Assembly: GCA_963815825.1 (NCBI GenBank)
Contig: CAWFII010000016.1
Coordinates: 14,932-78,931 of the forward strand
DNA: 64,000 nucleotides
From: an uncultured Actinomycetota bacterium
Lineage (GTDB): Bacteria > Actinomycetota > Actinomycetes > Propionibacteriales > Nocardioidaceae
Reading direction: 5' to 3'
Each line of letters begins with the position of its first letter. Position 1 is the first letter of the stretch. A program made the translations under genes and the position numbers. The notes beneath the pieces are model-generated. The model was not told where the DNA came from and did no database searches. It was given only the letters and a program-made list of their open reading frames with translations. Below, in pieces: positions 8,574-18,692 of this stretch.

Positions 8574-9980
8574 ATGACCACCCACCCCGACCAGGCAAAC
8601 CAGGCCCCGCACGGGTCCGGTGTCGTCGGTGTGTTGGACCGCGTACGGCGTGAGATCAGCGGCCTGTCCGGGACGTTGTGGGCGGTGCGTGCCCGTGGTG
8701 AGCTGATGGACGGGGTCGCGGCGATCGAGGCACTCAAGTCGACCCTGGACGCGGTCGAGCTCGAGGTCGTCCGGGAGCTCGACGCCACCGGCGCGGTGAA
8801 ACCCGCCGGGTGGGCCTCCACGCAGGACTTCGTCACCGCGGTGGCCGGTGGACACAAGGGCACCGGACCCGCGACCGTCCGCCTTGCGGCTGCGGTCGAG
8901 GAGCCGCTGCTCGCCCCCGTCGCGGCAGCCATGGGTGACGGGTGGCTCTCGACCGCGAAGGCCCACGTCATCGAACGCGCCATCGACACCCTGCCCGGCA
9001 ACCGGGACCTCCGGCAGCGCGGCGTGGCCTTCCTCCTCGGTGAGGCCAAGGCACTCGATGCGACCGAGCTGAAGAAGCTCACCCGCCACCTGATTTCCGT
9101 GGTCGACCCCGACGGGGAAGAACGCCGTGCCGAACGTGAGCTCGACCGCCTCGAACGAGCCGCCCACCACGACCGCTACCTGACCATCACCGACGACCAG
9201 GCAGGCGGAGCCTGGATCAAAGGCAGGTGCAGCAGCGAGGACGCAGAGCTGGTCAAGGCGACCCTGATCCCGCTCGCCGCACCCCACCCCGCCGCCGGAC
9301 CGGTGTGCGACCCGCCCACGTGTGCGGTCCCCGGGTGTGGCCACGACGGACGCGACCCCCGCGACCACGGCGCCCGTCTCCTCGACGCCCTCGTCGAGGG
9401 GTGCCGCAGGTTGCAGAGCGCCGAGGTGCTCCCGGAGTCCCACGGCGCCGTCCCGCGGCTCACCCTGACCATGACCTACGAGGCTCTCCGCGACAGCAGT
9501 GGTTTCGCCACCACTGAGACCTGGGGCGAGCTCTCCGCCTCCGCGATCCGCCGGATCTGCTGCGACGCCCACCTGATCCCCGCCGTCCTCGGCACGGCCT
9601 CGGAGGTCCTCGACGTCGGCCGCACCCAGCGCCTGGTCACCGCAGCGATCTGGAAGGCTCTGGTCGCCCGAGACGCCCACTGCCGGTTCCCGAACTGCCG
9701 ACGACCACCGGTGATGTGCCACGCCCACCACCTGCGCCACTGGGCCGACGGCGGGAGCACGTCGCTGGACAACCTGATCCTGCTCTGCGGACACCACCAC
9801 CGCCTCATCCACGTCGAACCCTGGACCATCCACCGCGTCGGCCCCGCAGCCTTCGAGCTCCACCCACCACCCGGCACCCGCCGCTGGCGGCGCCCCGACC
9901 GGTCACTTCCCGACCACGCAACACCCGACAAGTCACCGCCCGACAGCGCAGGGCCCGACCGCTCACTTCCCGACGGGTGA
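8574..9980 (+). CDS. DUF222 (13E12-repeat family) protein with C-terminal HNH endonuclease
   Basis: ICCDA-x-LIPAVL...LDVGRTQRL, RDAHCRFPNC, CHAHHLRHWADGGSTSLDNLILLCGHHHRLIH. Confidence 0.93.
   Translation: MTTHPDQANQAPHGSGVVGVLDRVRREISGLSGTLWAVRARGELMDGVAAIEALKSTLDAVELEVVRELDATGAVKPAGWASTQDFVTAVAGGHKGTGPATVRLAAAVEEPLLAPVAAAMGDGWLSTAKAHVIERAIDTLPGNRDLRQRGVAFLLGEAKALDATELKKLTRHLISVVDPDGEERRAERELDRLERAAHHDRYLTITDDQAGGAWIKGRCSSEDAELVKATLIPLAAPHPAAGPVCDPPTCAVPGCGHDGRDPRDHGARLLDALVEGCRRLQSAEVLPESHGAVPRLTLTMTYEALRDSSGFATTETWGELSASAIRRICCDAHLIPAVLGTASEVLDVGRTQRLVTAAIWKALVARDAHCRFPNCRRPPVMCHAHHLRHWADGGSTSLDNLILLCGHHHRLIHVEPWTIHRVGPAAFELHPPPGTRRWRRPDRSLPDHATPDKSPPDSAGPDRSLPDG
9894..9974 (+). repeat. 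Six CCCGAC-N9 units at 15-nt period (PD-xxx pentapeptides) at the HNH gene 3' end
   Basis: cccgaccggtcactt, cccgaccacgcaaca, cccgacaagtcaccg, cccgacagcgcaggg, cccgaccgctcactt, cccgac. Confidence 0.8.
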
Positions 9981-9990
9981 TGGGAGATGG

Positions 9991-10407
9991 TCAGCCGCGA
10001 CCCTCCGTGGTGACTCCCGTCAGCCGCAAGACGACCCGCAACCCCTCAGGGGTCCCGGGCCAGTGCCGCTCGAGCGCCACCGGTCCAGCGCTACGCACCA
10101 CCGAGCGCAGCACCCAGACGACGAGCAGGATGTCGTCGGCGTACCCCGCGACCGGGATGAAGTCGGGGACCAGGTCGATGGGCAGCACGAGGTAGGCGAG
10201 CAGCAGCCCGAGTCGCCACCTGAGGCCACGCGGCAGTGACGGGTCGGCGGCGAGGCGCCGGACCAGCCGCACCACGTCGGGGAGCAGCCGGACTCCGTCA
10301 CGCAGTCGGGTCGGCTCACCGGCCCGCCTGCCTGCGACGTAGAAGGCGAGGATGACGACGAGCCAGACGACCACCAGTCCAGCCGCAACCCCCAGCAGCG
10401 TCCTCAC
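9991..10407 (-). CDS. YkvA/DUF1232 family membrane protein
   Basis: LLLAYLVLPIDLVPDFIPVAGYADD motif. Confidence 0.92.
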   Translation of the reverse strand: MRTLLGVAAGLVVVWLVVILAFYVAGRRAGEPTRLRDGVRLLPDVVRLVRRLAADPSLPRGLRWRLGLLLAYLVLPIDLVPDFIPVAGYADDILLVVWVLRSVVRSAGPVALERHWPGTPEGLRVVLRLTGVTTEGRG

Positions 10408-10600
10408 GATGGTGGGGCACCGCGGCGTCGTACCACCTGGCGGACGCTGGTCGTTCTCATGGCCCCGAGACTAGGACGCACCGAGAGCCGACCACCGCAC
10501 CGGTCGGCGCGTCGGTATGTGACACCGAGACATGGGCTGGGCACACCGTGTGGCGAGACCGGACATTGCGACCGCATCGGGCCTTGCGGACACTACGAGC

Positions 10601-12004
10601 ATGAGTTCTCGGATCTTCATCACCCTGCTCAGCGCAGCCGCCACAGCCTCGACGTTGCTCCTCGTGCCGAGCGCCGCAGGCGCCAGCACCACCGCCGCTA
10701 CCCCGCCCGCGGCGTCGGCCGCTCGAGGGCACTGCGCCGGACAAGGGCGGATCGCCGTGCCGCGCGCCGAGAAGCAGAAGCTGTCCTGCCTCGAGGACCT
10801 CACCACCGCGAGCACGACCAAGACCGGCCACACCAATCCCAACGACTGGGCGGGGCTGAACGCGCCCGGCACCCGCAACCCCAGCGGCGTCCCGGGGATC
10901 CAGGTCGACGGCTACTTCCCGGACACCTCGACGTCGAACACCAACAACGGCTGGAACCACGATGCCCAGTTCGTGATCCGCCTGCCAGACCGCTGGAACG
11001 GCAAGCTGGTGGTCAGTGGTGCCCCGGGGACGCGCACCCAGTACGCCGGGGACTTCCTGTTCAGCGACTGGCTGCTGGCCCGGGGCTACGCCTACGCGAT
11101 GACCGACAAGGGCAACAACGGGAGCTCGTTCCAGAACGACGGGGCGACGCCGGGAGACGCCGTCGCCGAGTGGAACAGCAGGGTCACCCAGCTGACCCGC
11201 GCCACCAAGACCGTCGCCCGCCAGACCTACCGACGGGCTCCCCGGCGTACCTACCTCTTCGGCATCTCCAACGGTGGCTACCTCACGCGCTGGCAGCTGG
11301 AGAACCGGCCCCGACTCTACGACGGCGGCATCGACTGGGAGGGCACCTTGTTCCGTGCGGCCGGTCCCAACCTGTTCACCTACCTCCCGACCGCACTGCG
11401 CAGCTACCCCCAGTACCGCGCCGGGGACGAGACCGCCCACCGGCGGATGCTCGCTGCCGGCTTCGCGCCCGGCTCGGAGTTCACCTGGGACTACCACTAC
11501 AGCGTCTACTGGGACCTCACCCAGCGGCTCTACCGCGAGGAGTTCGACCCGTCGTACGACGGGGCACTGAACGCCGGCATCCCGTTCTGCCAGTCGGGGA
11601 CGCCGAGCTGCGATGCCGACTACGACTACTCAGGGCGGCCGTCAGCCCACGCCGCCATGCGGAAGGTCCAGCTGACCGGCAACCTGCGGCGCCCGATGCT
11701 GACCCTGCACGGCACCCTCGACGCCCTGCTGCCGATCGCAACGGACTCCGACGTCTACACCAAGATGATCAGCAACCGGCACCACGGCCGGTTGCACCGC
11801 TACTACCGGATCGCCGGAGGGACCCACGTCGACGGCCTCAACGCCACCTTCGGAGACCGGGTCCGCCCGATCCTGCCGTGCGCCCGCACCGCGTTCATCG
11901 CGCTGACGTCCTGGGTCGAGCACGACCGGCAGCCCCCGCGCAGTCGCACGGTGGCGCGTCCCGGGGCGGGTTCGGACACGACGAACACCTGCGCCCTGCG
12001 GTAG
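10601..12004 (+). CDS. Secreted alpha/beta hydrolase (tannase/feruloyl esterase or 3-hydroxybutyrate oligomer hydrolase-like)
   Basis: Signal peptide; QFVIRLPDRWNGKL, nucleophile GISNGG, LHGTLD and GGTHVD catalytic-triad-like motifs. Confidence 0.8.
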   Translation: MSSRIFITLLSAAATASTLLLVPSAAGASTTAATPPAASAARGHCAGQGRIAVPRAEKQKLSCLEDLTTASTTKTGHTNPNDWAGLNAPGTRNPSGVPGIQVDGYFPDTSTSNTNNGWNHDAQFVIRLPDRWNGKLVVSGAPGTRTQYAGDFLFSDWLLARGYAYAMTDKGNNGSSFQNDGATPGDAVAEWNSRVTQLTRATKTVARQTYRRAPRRTYLFGISNGGYLTRWQLENRPRLYDGGIDWEGTLFRAAGPNLFTYLPTALRSYPQYRAGDETAHRRMLAAGFAPGSEFTWDYHYSVYWDLTQRLYREEFDPSYDGALNAGIPFCQSGTPSCDADYDYSGRPSAHAAMRKVQLTGNLRRPMLTLHGTLDALLPIATDSDVYTKMISNRHHGRLHRYYRIAGGTHVDGLNATFGDRVRPILPCARTAFIALTSWVEHDRQPPRSRTVARPGAGSDTTNTCALR

Positions 12005-12105
12005 GTCGCTGCCGGACGGGCCGGAAGCGGCTACGTCCCTGCACGTCGACACCGACCTCGTCGACCGCGGGTTGACCTCGTGCCGGGGCGCACACCCCCT
12101 GGGGG

Positions 12106-14418
12106 TCAGGCCAGCGCGGCGGGCAGGGTCGCCGACCAGGCTGCCCGCAGCTCCTCCACCGTGACGTCGAAGGCACCGTGCACCGAGAGCGAGTCCCCGT
12201 GGGTCTCACCGAGCGAGGTGATCGGTACGCCGAGCTCGGCAGCGAGCTCGAAGATCCGCTCCTCGTCCTCCGGATCGACGGTGACCACCACCCGCGCCGT
12301 CGACTCGCTGAACAGCGCCACGAACGCGTCGCCACCGGCCACCCCGGCCAGGTCCACCCTCGCCCCGATCCCGTGGCGCAGGCAGGACTCGACCAGGGTC
12401 TGGGCCAGACCTCCGTCCGAGAGGTCGTGGGCCGAGGAGAGGACTCCGGTCGCCGCGACGAGGAGCTCGCTCAGCGCGCGTTCCGCCGTCAGGTCGACCC
12501 GGGGCGGCAATCCGCCGAGGTGCTCGTGCCGGACGTGCGCCCACTCCGAGCCGGACAGCTCCTCACGGGTCTCGCCGAGCAGGAGCACCCGGTCGCCGAC
12601 GGAGGCGAAGCCCGTGGGGGTGCGTCGGGTGACGTCCTCGATGACCCCCAGCACGGCCACGACCGGCGTGGGCAGGATCGCGGTGTCACCGGTCTGGTTG
12701 TAGAGACTGACGTTGCCACCCGTGACCGGGATCCCGAGCTCGACACAGGCGTCCTTGAGCCCGCGGCAGGCCTCGGCGAACTGCCACATCACGGCCGGGT
12801 CCTCCGGGGAGCCGAAGTTCAGGCAGTCGCTGATCGCCATCGGGGTCGCTCCGCCGGTCGAGACGTTGCGATAGGACTCGGCGAGCGCGAGCTGTGCCCC
12901 GGCGTACGGGTCCAGCAGGGCGAACCTGCCGTTGCAGTCCGTGGACAGGGCGACGCCCAGGTTGGTGTCCGGGTCGATCCTGATCATCCCGCTGTCACTG
13001 GGCTGGGCGAGCACGGTGTTGCCCTGCACGTAGCGGTCGTACTGGTCGGTGATCCACGACTTGTCGCACAGGTTCGGGCTCCCGACCAGGTCGAGGAGGG
13101 TCTCCCGGAGCTCCGCGCCGGAGGCGGGACGCGCCAGCTGCTCGGCGGTGTCGGCCTGAAGCGCATCCTGGCTCTGCGGGCGGGCGAACGGTCGGCGGTA
13201 GGTCGGTCCGTCGTGAGCCACCGAGCGGGGCGGTACGTCGACCACCCGCTCGCCGTGCCAGTCGATGAGCAGGCGGTCACCGTCGGTGACCTCGCCGACC
13301 ACCACCGCCTCGACGTCCCACTTCTCGCAGATCGCCAGGAACGCCTCGACGTCGGCAGGCTCGACGACCGCCATCATCCGCTCCTGCGACTCGCTCATCA
13401 AGATCTCCTCCGGCGCGAGCGTGGAGTCGCGCAGCGGCACCCGGTCCAGCTCGACGTGCATGCCGCCGTCCCCGGCGCTGGCCAGCTCGCTGGTCGCGCA
13501 GGACAGTCCCGCACCACCGAGGTCCTGGATTCCGGCGACCACACCGGCATGGAAGAGCTCGAGGGTGCACTCGATGAGCAGCTTCTCCTGGAACGGGTCG
13601 CCGACCTGGACGCTGGGGCGCTTGGCCGGGCCCGTCACGCCGTCCGCTTCTTGGGAGAAGGTCTCGCTGGCCAGGACGCTGACGCCCCCGATGCCGTCCC
13701 CGCCGGTGCGGGCGCCGTAGAGGATCACCTGGTTGCCCACGCCGCTGGCCTTCGCGAGGTGCAGGTCCTCGTGGCGGAGCACGCCGACGCAGAGCGCGTT
13801 GACGAGCGGGTTGCCGGCGTAGGAGGCGTCGAAGACCGCCTCTCCCCCGATGTTGGGCAGGCCGAGACAGTTGCCGTAGCCCCCGACGCCGGCGACGATC
13901 CCGGGCAGGACCCGGTGGGTGTCCGGCGCGTCCAGAGGACCGAAGCGCAGCGGGTCCATGACCGCCACGGGGCGGGCGCCCATGGCGAGGATGTCGCGGA
14001 CGATCCCCCCGACGCCGGTGGCAGCACCCTGGTACGGCTCGACGTAGGAGGGGTGGTTGTGGCTCTCGACCTTGAACGTGACCGCATAGCCCTGTCCGAT
14101 GTCGATGACGCCTGCGTTCTCGCCGATTCCGGCGAGCATCTTCCCCGCCCGCGTCTCCTGCGGGATCTCGGAGAACTGGGCGAGGTGCACCTTGCTCGAC
14201 TTGTAGGAGCAGTGCTCGCTCCACATCACCGAGTACATCGCCAGCTCGGAGCTCGTCGGCCGGCGGCCGAGGATCTCGCGGATCCGGGCGTACTCGTCGG
14301 CCTTGAGGCCGAGCGCAGCCCAAGGCTGCTCCCGTTGCGGATCGGTGCCGGCCACGGCGACGGTGTCGAGTCCGGTCACCCTGTCGACGTCGGGCACGGG
14401 AAGAGTGGTCTCGGGCAC
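12106..14418 (-). CDS. purL: FGAM synthase large subunit
   Basis: [60 protein letters not shown]. -10 TAGATT 6 nt before the GTG. Confidence 0.98.
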   Translation of the reverse strand: MPETTLPVPDVDRVTGLDTVAVAGTDPQREQPWAALGLKADEYARIREILGRRPTSSELAMYSVMWSEHCSYKSSKVHLAQFSEIPQETRAGKMLAGIGENAGVIDIGQGYAVTFKVESHNHPSYVEPYQGAATGVGGIVRDILAMGARPVAVMDPLRFGPLDAPDTHRVLPGIVAGVGGYGNCLGLPNIGGEAVFDASYAGNPLVNALCVGVLRHEDLHLAKASGVGNQVILYGARTGGDGIGGVSVLASETFSQEADGVTGPAKRPSVQVGDPFQEKLLIECTLELFHAGVVAGIQDLGGAGLSCATSELASAGDGGMHVELDRVPLRDSTLAPEEILMSESQERMMAVVEPADVEAFLAICEKWDVEAVVVGEVTDGDRLLIDWHGERVVDVPPRSVAHDGPTYRRPFARPQSQDALQADTAEQLARPASGAELRETLLDLVGSPNLCDKSWITDQYDRYVQGNTVLAQPSDSGMIRIDPDTNLGVALSTDCNGRFALLDPYAGAQLALAESYRNVSTGGATPMAISDCLNFGSPEDPAVMWQFAEACRGLKDACVELGIPVTGGNVSLYNQTGDTAILPTPVVAVLGVIEDVTRRTPTGFASVGDRVLLLGETREELSGSEWAHVRHEHLGGLPPRVDLTAERALSELLVAATGVLSSAHDLSDGGLAQTLVESCLRHGIGARVDLAGVAGGDAFVALFSESTARVVVTVDPEDEERIFELAAELGVPITSLGETHGDSLSVHGAFDVTVEELRAAWSATLPAALA

Positions 14419-14507
14419 CCGCTCAATCTACCGGCGGGCCCAGCCACGGTGTCGCTGGGCAGGCCGGCATCACCAGACCCTCGTCGTCCGGGCATTCTCC
14501 GGGTCGA

Positions 14508-14527
14508 GAATTACAAGTTTGTAATTC
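14508..14527. promoter_or_regulatory. AT-rich perfect inverted repeat GAATTACAA-GT-TTGTAATTC (putative operator)
   Basis: 9-bp perfect arms in the divergent purL / cell-wall hydrolase intergenic region. Confidence 0.6.
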
Positions 14528-14597
14528 AACTAATCGTCTGTTACTGGTGTGACATACGGGGTTAGGGTGGCGAAGTTTTCCGACATTCCAGGAGATT

Positions 14598-16031
14598 ATG
14601 ATGCCGCGCCGTGCCCCGTTCAGGACCTTTTCGCGGACTCGTCCCTGGCTGGTACCACCGGTGGCTGCCGTGCTCGCGCTGCTGGTCTCCGGCACCCTGC
14701 TCACCGCCCCCACCCAGGCGGCCGCCAACCCGGTCACGCCGGGCAACTTCCGCGGCCTCGGCTTCGACCAGTGCGAGGCACCGAGCCAGAGCGCGATGAG
14801 CACCTGGATCGCCAAGTCTCCGTTCCGCGCGGCGGGTATCTACATCTCGGGCGCTTCCCGCGCCTGCCAGCGCCAGTCCAACCTCTCCGCCACCTGGGTG
14901 CACAACCAGCTCGCAGCGGGCTGGCACCTGATGCCGATCACCCTCGGGCCGCAGGCATCGTGCTCGACGCGCTACCCCCGGTACGGGAAGAACATCGACC
15001 CGACGATCAATCCCAGCACGACCAACACCTACGCGGCCGCCCGGACCCAGGGTGTGCTGGAGGCCCGCAAGGCCGTGACCGCGGCGCGCAACCTCGGCAT
15101 CGTCGCCGGCAGCACGCTGTTCTACGACCTCGAGGCGTTCAACATCAAGCACTCCACGGCGTGCACCTGGTCAGCCCTGTGGTTCCTGAGCTCCTGGACC
15201 CAGGAGCTGCACCGCTACCGCTACGCCTCCGGCATCTACTCCAGCGCTGCGTCGGGTCTGAAGATCGTCGATGACGCGCGGGTGCGTCCGGGCAACACCG
15301 TCACGATGCCCGACCAGGTCTGGATCGCCGACTGGAACGGCAAGGCCAGCACCTACTCCTCCTACATCCGCAACGACGGCTGGAACCCCTACGGTCGCGC
15401 GCACCAGTACCAGGGCGGGCACAACGAGACGTGGGGCGGCGTGACCATCAACATCGACCGCAACTACCTCGACCTGCGCACGCCCACGCTGCCCGGGGCG
15501 GCCGCTCCCGCTCCCGCGCCCACGACTCCGTCCGACGGCGTTCGCTACACCGGCAGCTCTCTGGCCGACCCCAGGTGCGCACCGTCGACGATCAGCAGGT
15601 CCTCCTACGTGACCACGAGCGCCACCTCGTCGACCGGCCTGATCGTGCCGCTGCAGTGCGTGCTCAAGCAGCAGCACCTCTACCCGTACTCCGTGACGGG
15701 GACGTGGAACGCGCAGACGACCTCGGCGCTGCATGCCTTCCAGAGCCGGGTGGGCCACCCGGTTCGCAGCTACGCCAGCCAGAACGACTGGGTGAGCCTG
15801 ATGGTCGCTGGCAACGGCGCGCACCGCCTCAAGCGCGGCGTCCGGGGAGCCGACGTGGTGATGGTGCAGCGCGCGATGAACGCGGCAGCGGCGCCCCACC
15901 TCCGGGTGACCGGCTACTACAACCGGGCCACTGCCCGGGCCGTCGGTGCCTACCAGCACCGGTTGGGGATGCGCACGACCAAGAGGGTCAGCGCTCCCAC
16001 CTGGAGCATGCTCCGGGCCGGGCGTCGCTGA
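14598..16031 (+). CDS. Secreted DUF1906 (GH25-like) glycoside hydrolase with C-terminal peptidoglycan-binding domains
   Basis: Signal peptide; GLGFDQC, AGIYISG, LFYDLE, SGIYSS, QYQGGHNETWGGVTINIDRN; PG-binding-like LKRGVRGADVVMVQRAM. RBS AGGAG. Confidence 0.85.
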   Translation: MMPRRAPFRTFSRTRPWLVPPVAAVLALLVSGTLLTAPTQAAANPVTPGNFRGLGFDQCEAPSQSAMSTWIAKSPFRAAGIYISGASRACQRQSNLSATWVHNQLAAGWHLMPITLGPQASCSTRYPRYGKNIDPTINPSTTNTYAAARTQGVLEARKAVTAARNLGIVAGSTLFYDLEAFNIKHSTACTWSALWFLSSWTQELHRYRYASGIYSSAASGLKIVDDARVRPGNTVTMPDQVWIADWNGKASTYSSYIRNDGWNPYGRAHQYQGGHNETWGGVTINIDRNYLDLRTPTLPGAAAPAPAPTTPSDGVRYTGSSLADPRCAPSTISRSSYVTTSATSSTGLIVPLQCVLKQQHLYPYSVTGTWNAQTTSALHAFQSRVGHPVRSYASQNDWVSLMVAGNGAHRLKRGVRGADVVMVQRAMNAAAAPHLRVTGYYNRATARAVGAYQHRLGMRTTKRVSAPTWSMLRAGRR

Positions 16032-16038
16032 CCGAGGC

Positions 16039-16707
16039 TCAGGCCTCGACCAGCGCGGCGACCGCACTGGCGAAGAAGCCGAGCCCGTCTGTCCCGGGCC
16101 CGGTCAGCTCCTCGACGGCGTGCTCGGGGTGCGGCATCAGCCCGACCACGTTGCCGGCCTCGTTGGTGATCCCGGCGATCGCCCGCTGGGAGCCGTTGGG
16201 GTTGCCGACGTAGCGGGCCACCACTCGCCCTTCACCCTCGAGGGTGTCCAGCGTGTGCTGGTCGGCGACGTAGGAGCCCTCGCCGTTCTTGAGCACGATG
16301 GTGATCTCCTGACCCGCCGCATAGTGGGTCGTCCAGGGCGTGCGGTCGTTCTCGATGCGCACCACCTGGTCGAGGCAGCCGAACTTGCGGTGGTCGTTGC
16401 GGATCAGCGCCCCGGGCAGCAGGTGGGACTCGCACAGGATCTGGAAGCCGTTGCAGATGCCCAGGACGGGCATCCCGGCCCTGGCCGCGGCGATCACCTC
16501 CGTCATGACCGGAGCGAACCGGGCGATCGCGCCGCAGCGCAGGTAGTCGCCGTAGGAGAAGCCGCCCGGCAGCACGACCGCGTCCACTCCGCCGAGATCG
16601 TGGTCGCCGTGCCACAGTGCGACCGGGTCGGCGCCCGCGAGGCGTACGGCGCGTTGCGCGTCGACGTCGTCGAGGGAGCCGGGGAAGGTGACGACCCCGA
16701 TCCTCAC
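16039..16707 (-). CDS. purQ: FGAM synthase glutaminase subunit
   Basis: [37 protein letters not shown]. Confidence 0.98.
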   Translation of the reverse strand: MRIGVVTFPGSLDDVDAQRAVRLAGADPVALWHGDHDLGGVDAVVLPGGFSYGDYLRCGAIARFAPVMTEVIAAARAGMPVLGICNGFQILCESHLLPGALIRNDHRKFGCLDQVVRIENDRTPWTTHYAAGQEITIVLKNGEGSYVADQHTLDTLEGEGRVVARYVGNPNGSQRAIAGITNEAGNVVGLMPHPEHAVEELTGPGTDGLGFFASAVAALVEA

Positions 16708-16949
16708 GGAAGGACCCGCACCGCGTAGTCCTCGATGACCGGGTTCGAGAGCAGCGTCGCCGCCATCTCGTGCACCTGGGCGAGGCGCTCGTCGGTCGCC
16801 TCCCCGTCGAGCTCGAGCTCGAAGCGCTTGCCCTGCCGGACCTCGCTCACGCCGTCGAAGCCGAGTCGCGGCAGCGCGCCCTGGACCGCCTTGCCCTGCG
16901 GATCGAGGATCTCGGGCTTGGGCATGACGTCGACGACGACACGGGCCAC
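16704..16949 (-). CDS. purS: FGAM synthase PurS subunit
   Basis: [15 protein letters not shown]...[10 protein letters not shown]; overlaps the purQ start. Confidence 0.97.
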   Translation of the reverse strand: MARVVVDVMPKPEILDPQGKAVQGALPRLGFDGVSEVRQGKRFELELDGEATDERLAQVHEMAATLLSNPVIEDYAVRVLP

Positions 16950-17047
16950 GGGAGGCCCCTTTCGCTCGGGTGCACGGGGACGGTCAGTCTATCGATGGTG
17001 CCGGCACGACGGCCCGCACCCTGGTGGCCCTCGAGCGCGGGCGGGTC

Positions 17048-17236
17048 TCAGCGCGCGCCGCGAGCCGCCACGACGCCGAGGGCGATGCCGAAGCCGGCGA
17101 GCGCCGGGCCGACGAGCGCCCAGTACTCGACGCCGCTCATCGTGCTCCCCTTGAGGATGTTCAGCCCCTGCAGGGTCCAGACGACGCCGACGACGACCAT
17201 CAGGCCACTCAGGGCCAGAGCGAGGATGCGTCCCAT
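17048..17236 (-). CDS. Small two-TM membrane protein (62 aa)
   Basis: MGRILALALSGLMVVVGVVWTLQGLNILKGSTMSG...; TGATG-coupled to the upstream SRPBCC gene. Confidence 0.75.
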   Translation of the reverse strand: MGRILALALSGLMVVVGVVWTLQGLNILKGSTMSGVEYWALVGPALAGFGIALGVVAARGAR

Positions 17237-17697
17237 CAGCTCGACCTCGAAGCCAGGATGCGCGCTGCCTTGCGAAGGTCGCCGCGGACGGCGAACACAC
17301 CTGCGCGGGTCGCGGCCCAGCCGACCGGCCGGAGGAGTCCCCGGCCGCGGACACCGAAGGTCACCTCCACGGTGCAGCCACCCGAACGGGGGGAGAAGCC
17401 GAGGGTGAGGTCGGCCTCGATGGCCTTCCAGCGACCTGTCTCGGCCCAGAGCACGTCGGTCTCCATCTCGGTGATCGTCATCTCGGGGTCGATCCCCGCC
17501 GAGGTGAGGTCGCGCCAGCGCATCCCCACGCGTGGCTCGCCGTCGTCGAGCATCTCGACCGCCCGCAGCGACGACTGCCACTCCGGCCGGTTGCGAGGGT
17601 CGGCGAGATAGGCGAAGGCCACGTCCACCGGCACGTCGTACTCCACCGCGGGGCTGCGGGATCCGGTCGGACCCCGACCGGACGTCCCGGGCGTCAT
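17236..17697 (-). CDS. SRPBCC/polyketide cyclase-like protein
   Basis: VPVDVAFAYLADPRNRPEWQSSL motif; coupled to the purC stop. Confidence 0.8.
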   Translation of the reverse strand: MTPGTSGRGPTGSRSPAVEYDVPVDVAFAYLADPRNRPEWQSSLRAVEMLDDGEPRVGMRWRDLTSAGIDPEMTITEMETDVLWAETGRWKAIEADLTLGFSPRSGGCTVEVTFGVRGRGLLRPVGWAATRAGVFAVRGDLRKAARILASRSS

Positions 17698-18602
17698 CAG
17701 AACCGCTCCCCGGTGAGCATCTCGAACGCCTCGACGTAACGCGCCCGAGTGCGGTCGATGATCTCCGTGGGAAGCGCCGGCGGCGCGGCTCCGGACGAGC
17801 GGTCCCACCCGCTCGCCTCGGAGAGCAGCCAGTTGCGCACGATCTGCTTGTCGTAGGAGTCCTGCGCACGACCGGGCTCCCAGTCCGCGGCCGGCCAGAA
17901 GCGGCTGGAGTCAGGGGTGAGCACCTCGTCGGCCAGGACCGTGGTCCCGTTGCCGCCGCTGTCGCCGGCCACCGGCATCAGCCGTGAGCCGAACTCGAGC
18001 TTGCTGTCGGCCAGGATGATGCCGCGCTCGCGGGCCAGAGCCTCGGCGCGCGCGTAGACCGCCAGGGTCAGCTCGCGCAGCTCCGCGGCGGCCGGGGCGC
18101 CCACGTCGGCGACGACGCTCTCGTAGGAGACGTTCTCGTCGTGCTCACCGAGGGCAGCCTTGGTGGCGGGGGTGAAGATCGGCGCAGGCAACCGGCTGCC
18201 GTCCTGCAGCCCCTTCGGGAGCACGATGCCGCAGACCTCACCCCGGGCCTGGTAGTCCGACCAGCCGGACCCGGTGAGGTAGCCCCGTGCCACGCACTCA
18301 ACCGGATACATCGCCAGCTGCTCGCAGACGATGGCCCTCCCCTTGACGGCCTCGGGGACATCGGTCGACCGGACGTGGTTGGGCACGATGTCGGCGAGCT
18401 GGGTGAACCACCACAACGACATGCGGGTGAGGATCTCGCCCTTGTCGGGGATGGTGCTCTCCAGCACGAAGTCGTACGCCGAGATCCGGTCGCTCGCGAC
18501 CATCAGCAGGCTGTCGTCCTCGAGCCGGTAGAGGTCACGGACCTTGCCGGAGTGGATGTGGGTCGCGCCGTCGATGACTGGAGCGTCGGGGATGTTGTGC
18601 AC
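17697..18602 (-). CDS. purC: SAICAR synthetase
   Basis: HSGKVRDLY, SDRISAYD, ECVARGYLTGSG, ILADSKLEFG, DEVLTPDSSRFW, DKQIVR. Confidence 0.98.
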   Translation of the reverse strand: MHNIPDAPVIDGATHIHSGKVRDLYRLEDDSLLMVASDRISAYDFVLESTIPDKGEILTRMSLWWFTQLADIVPNHVRSTDVPEAVKGRAIVCEQLAMYPVECVARGYLTGSGWSDYQARGEVCGIVLPKGLQDGSRLPAPIFTPATKAALGEHDENVSYESVVADVGAPAAAELRELTLAVYARAEALARERGIILADSKLEFGSRLMPVAGDSGGNGTTVLADEVLTPDSSRFWPAADWEPGRAQDSYDKQIVRNWLLSEASGWDRSSGAAPPALPTEIIDRTRARYVEAFEMLTGERF

Positions 18603-18642
18603 GCCGCCACCCTACAAACGCCTCCCGGTTCCCCGGACGTGG

Positions 18643-18680
18643 CTGTGGGGTGTGCCGGCGATCGCCGGCACACCCCACAG
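18643..18680. terminator. Perfect 38-nt palindrome, probable terminator of the KAIL-peptide gene 1
   Basis: ctgtggggtgtgccggc-gatc-gccggcacaccccacag, 13 nt after the stop of 18693-18842. Confidence 0.7.
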
Positions 18681-18692
18681 GTCGAGCAGGAT

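Noticed and set aside
14419-14597. c-di-AMP (ydaO) riboswitch before the cell-wall hydrolase; ZTP or purine riboswitches before pur genes
   Set aside because: No recognisable conserved cores, and most pur genes appear leaderless, leaving no room.
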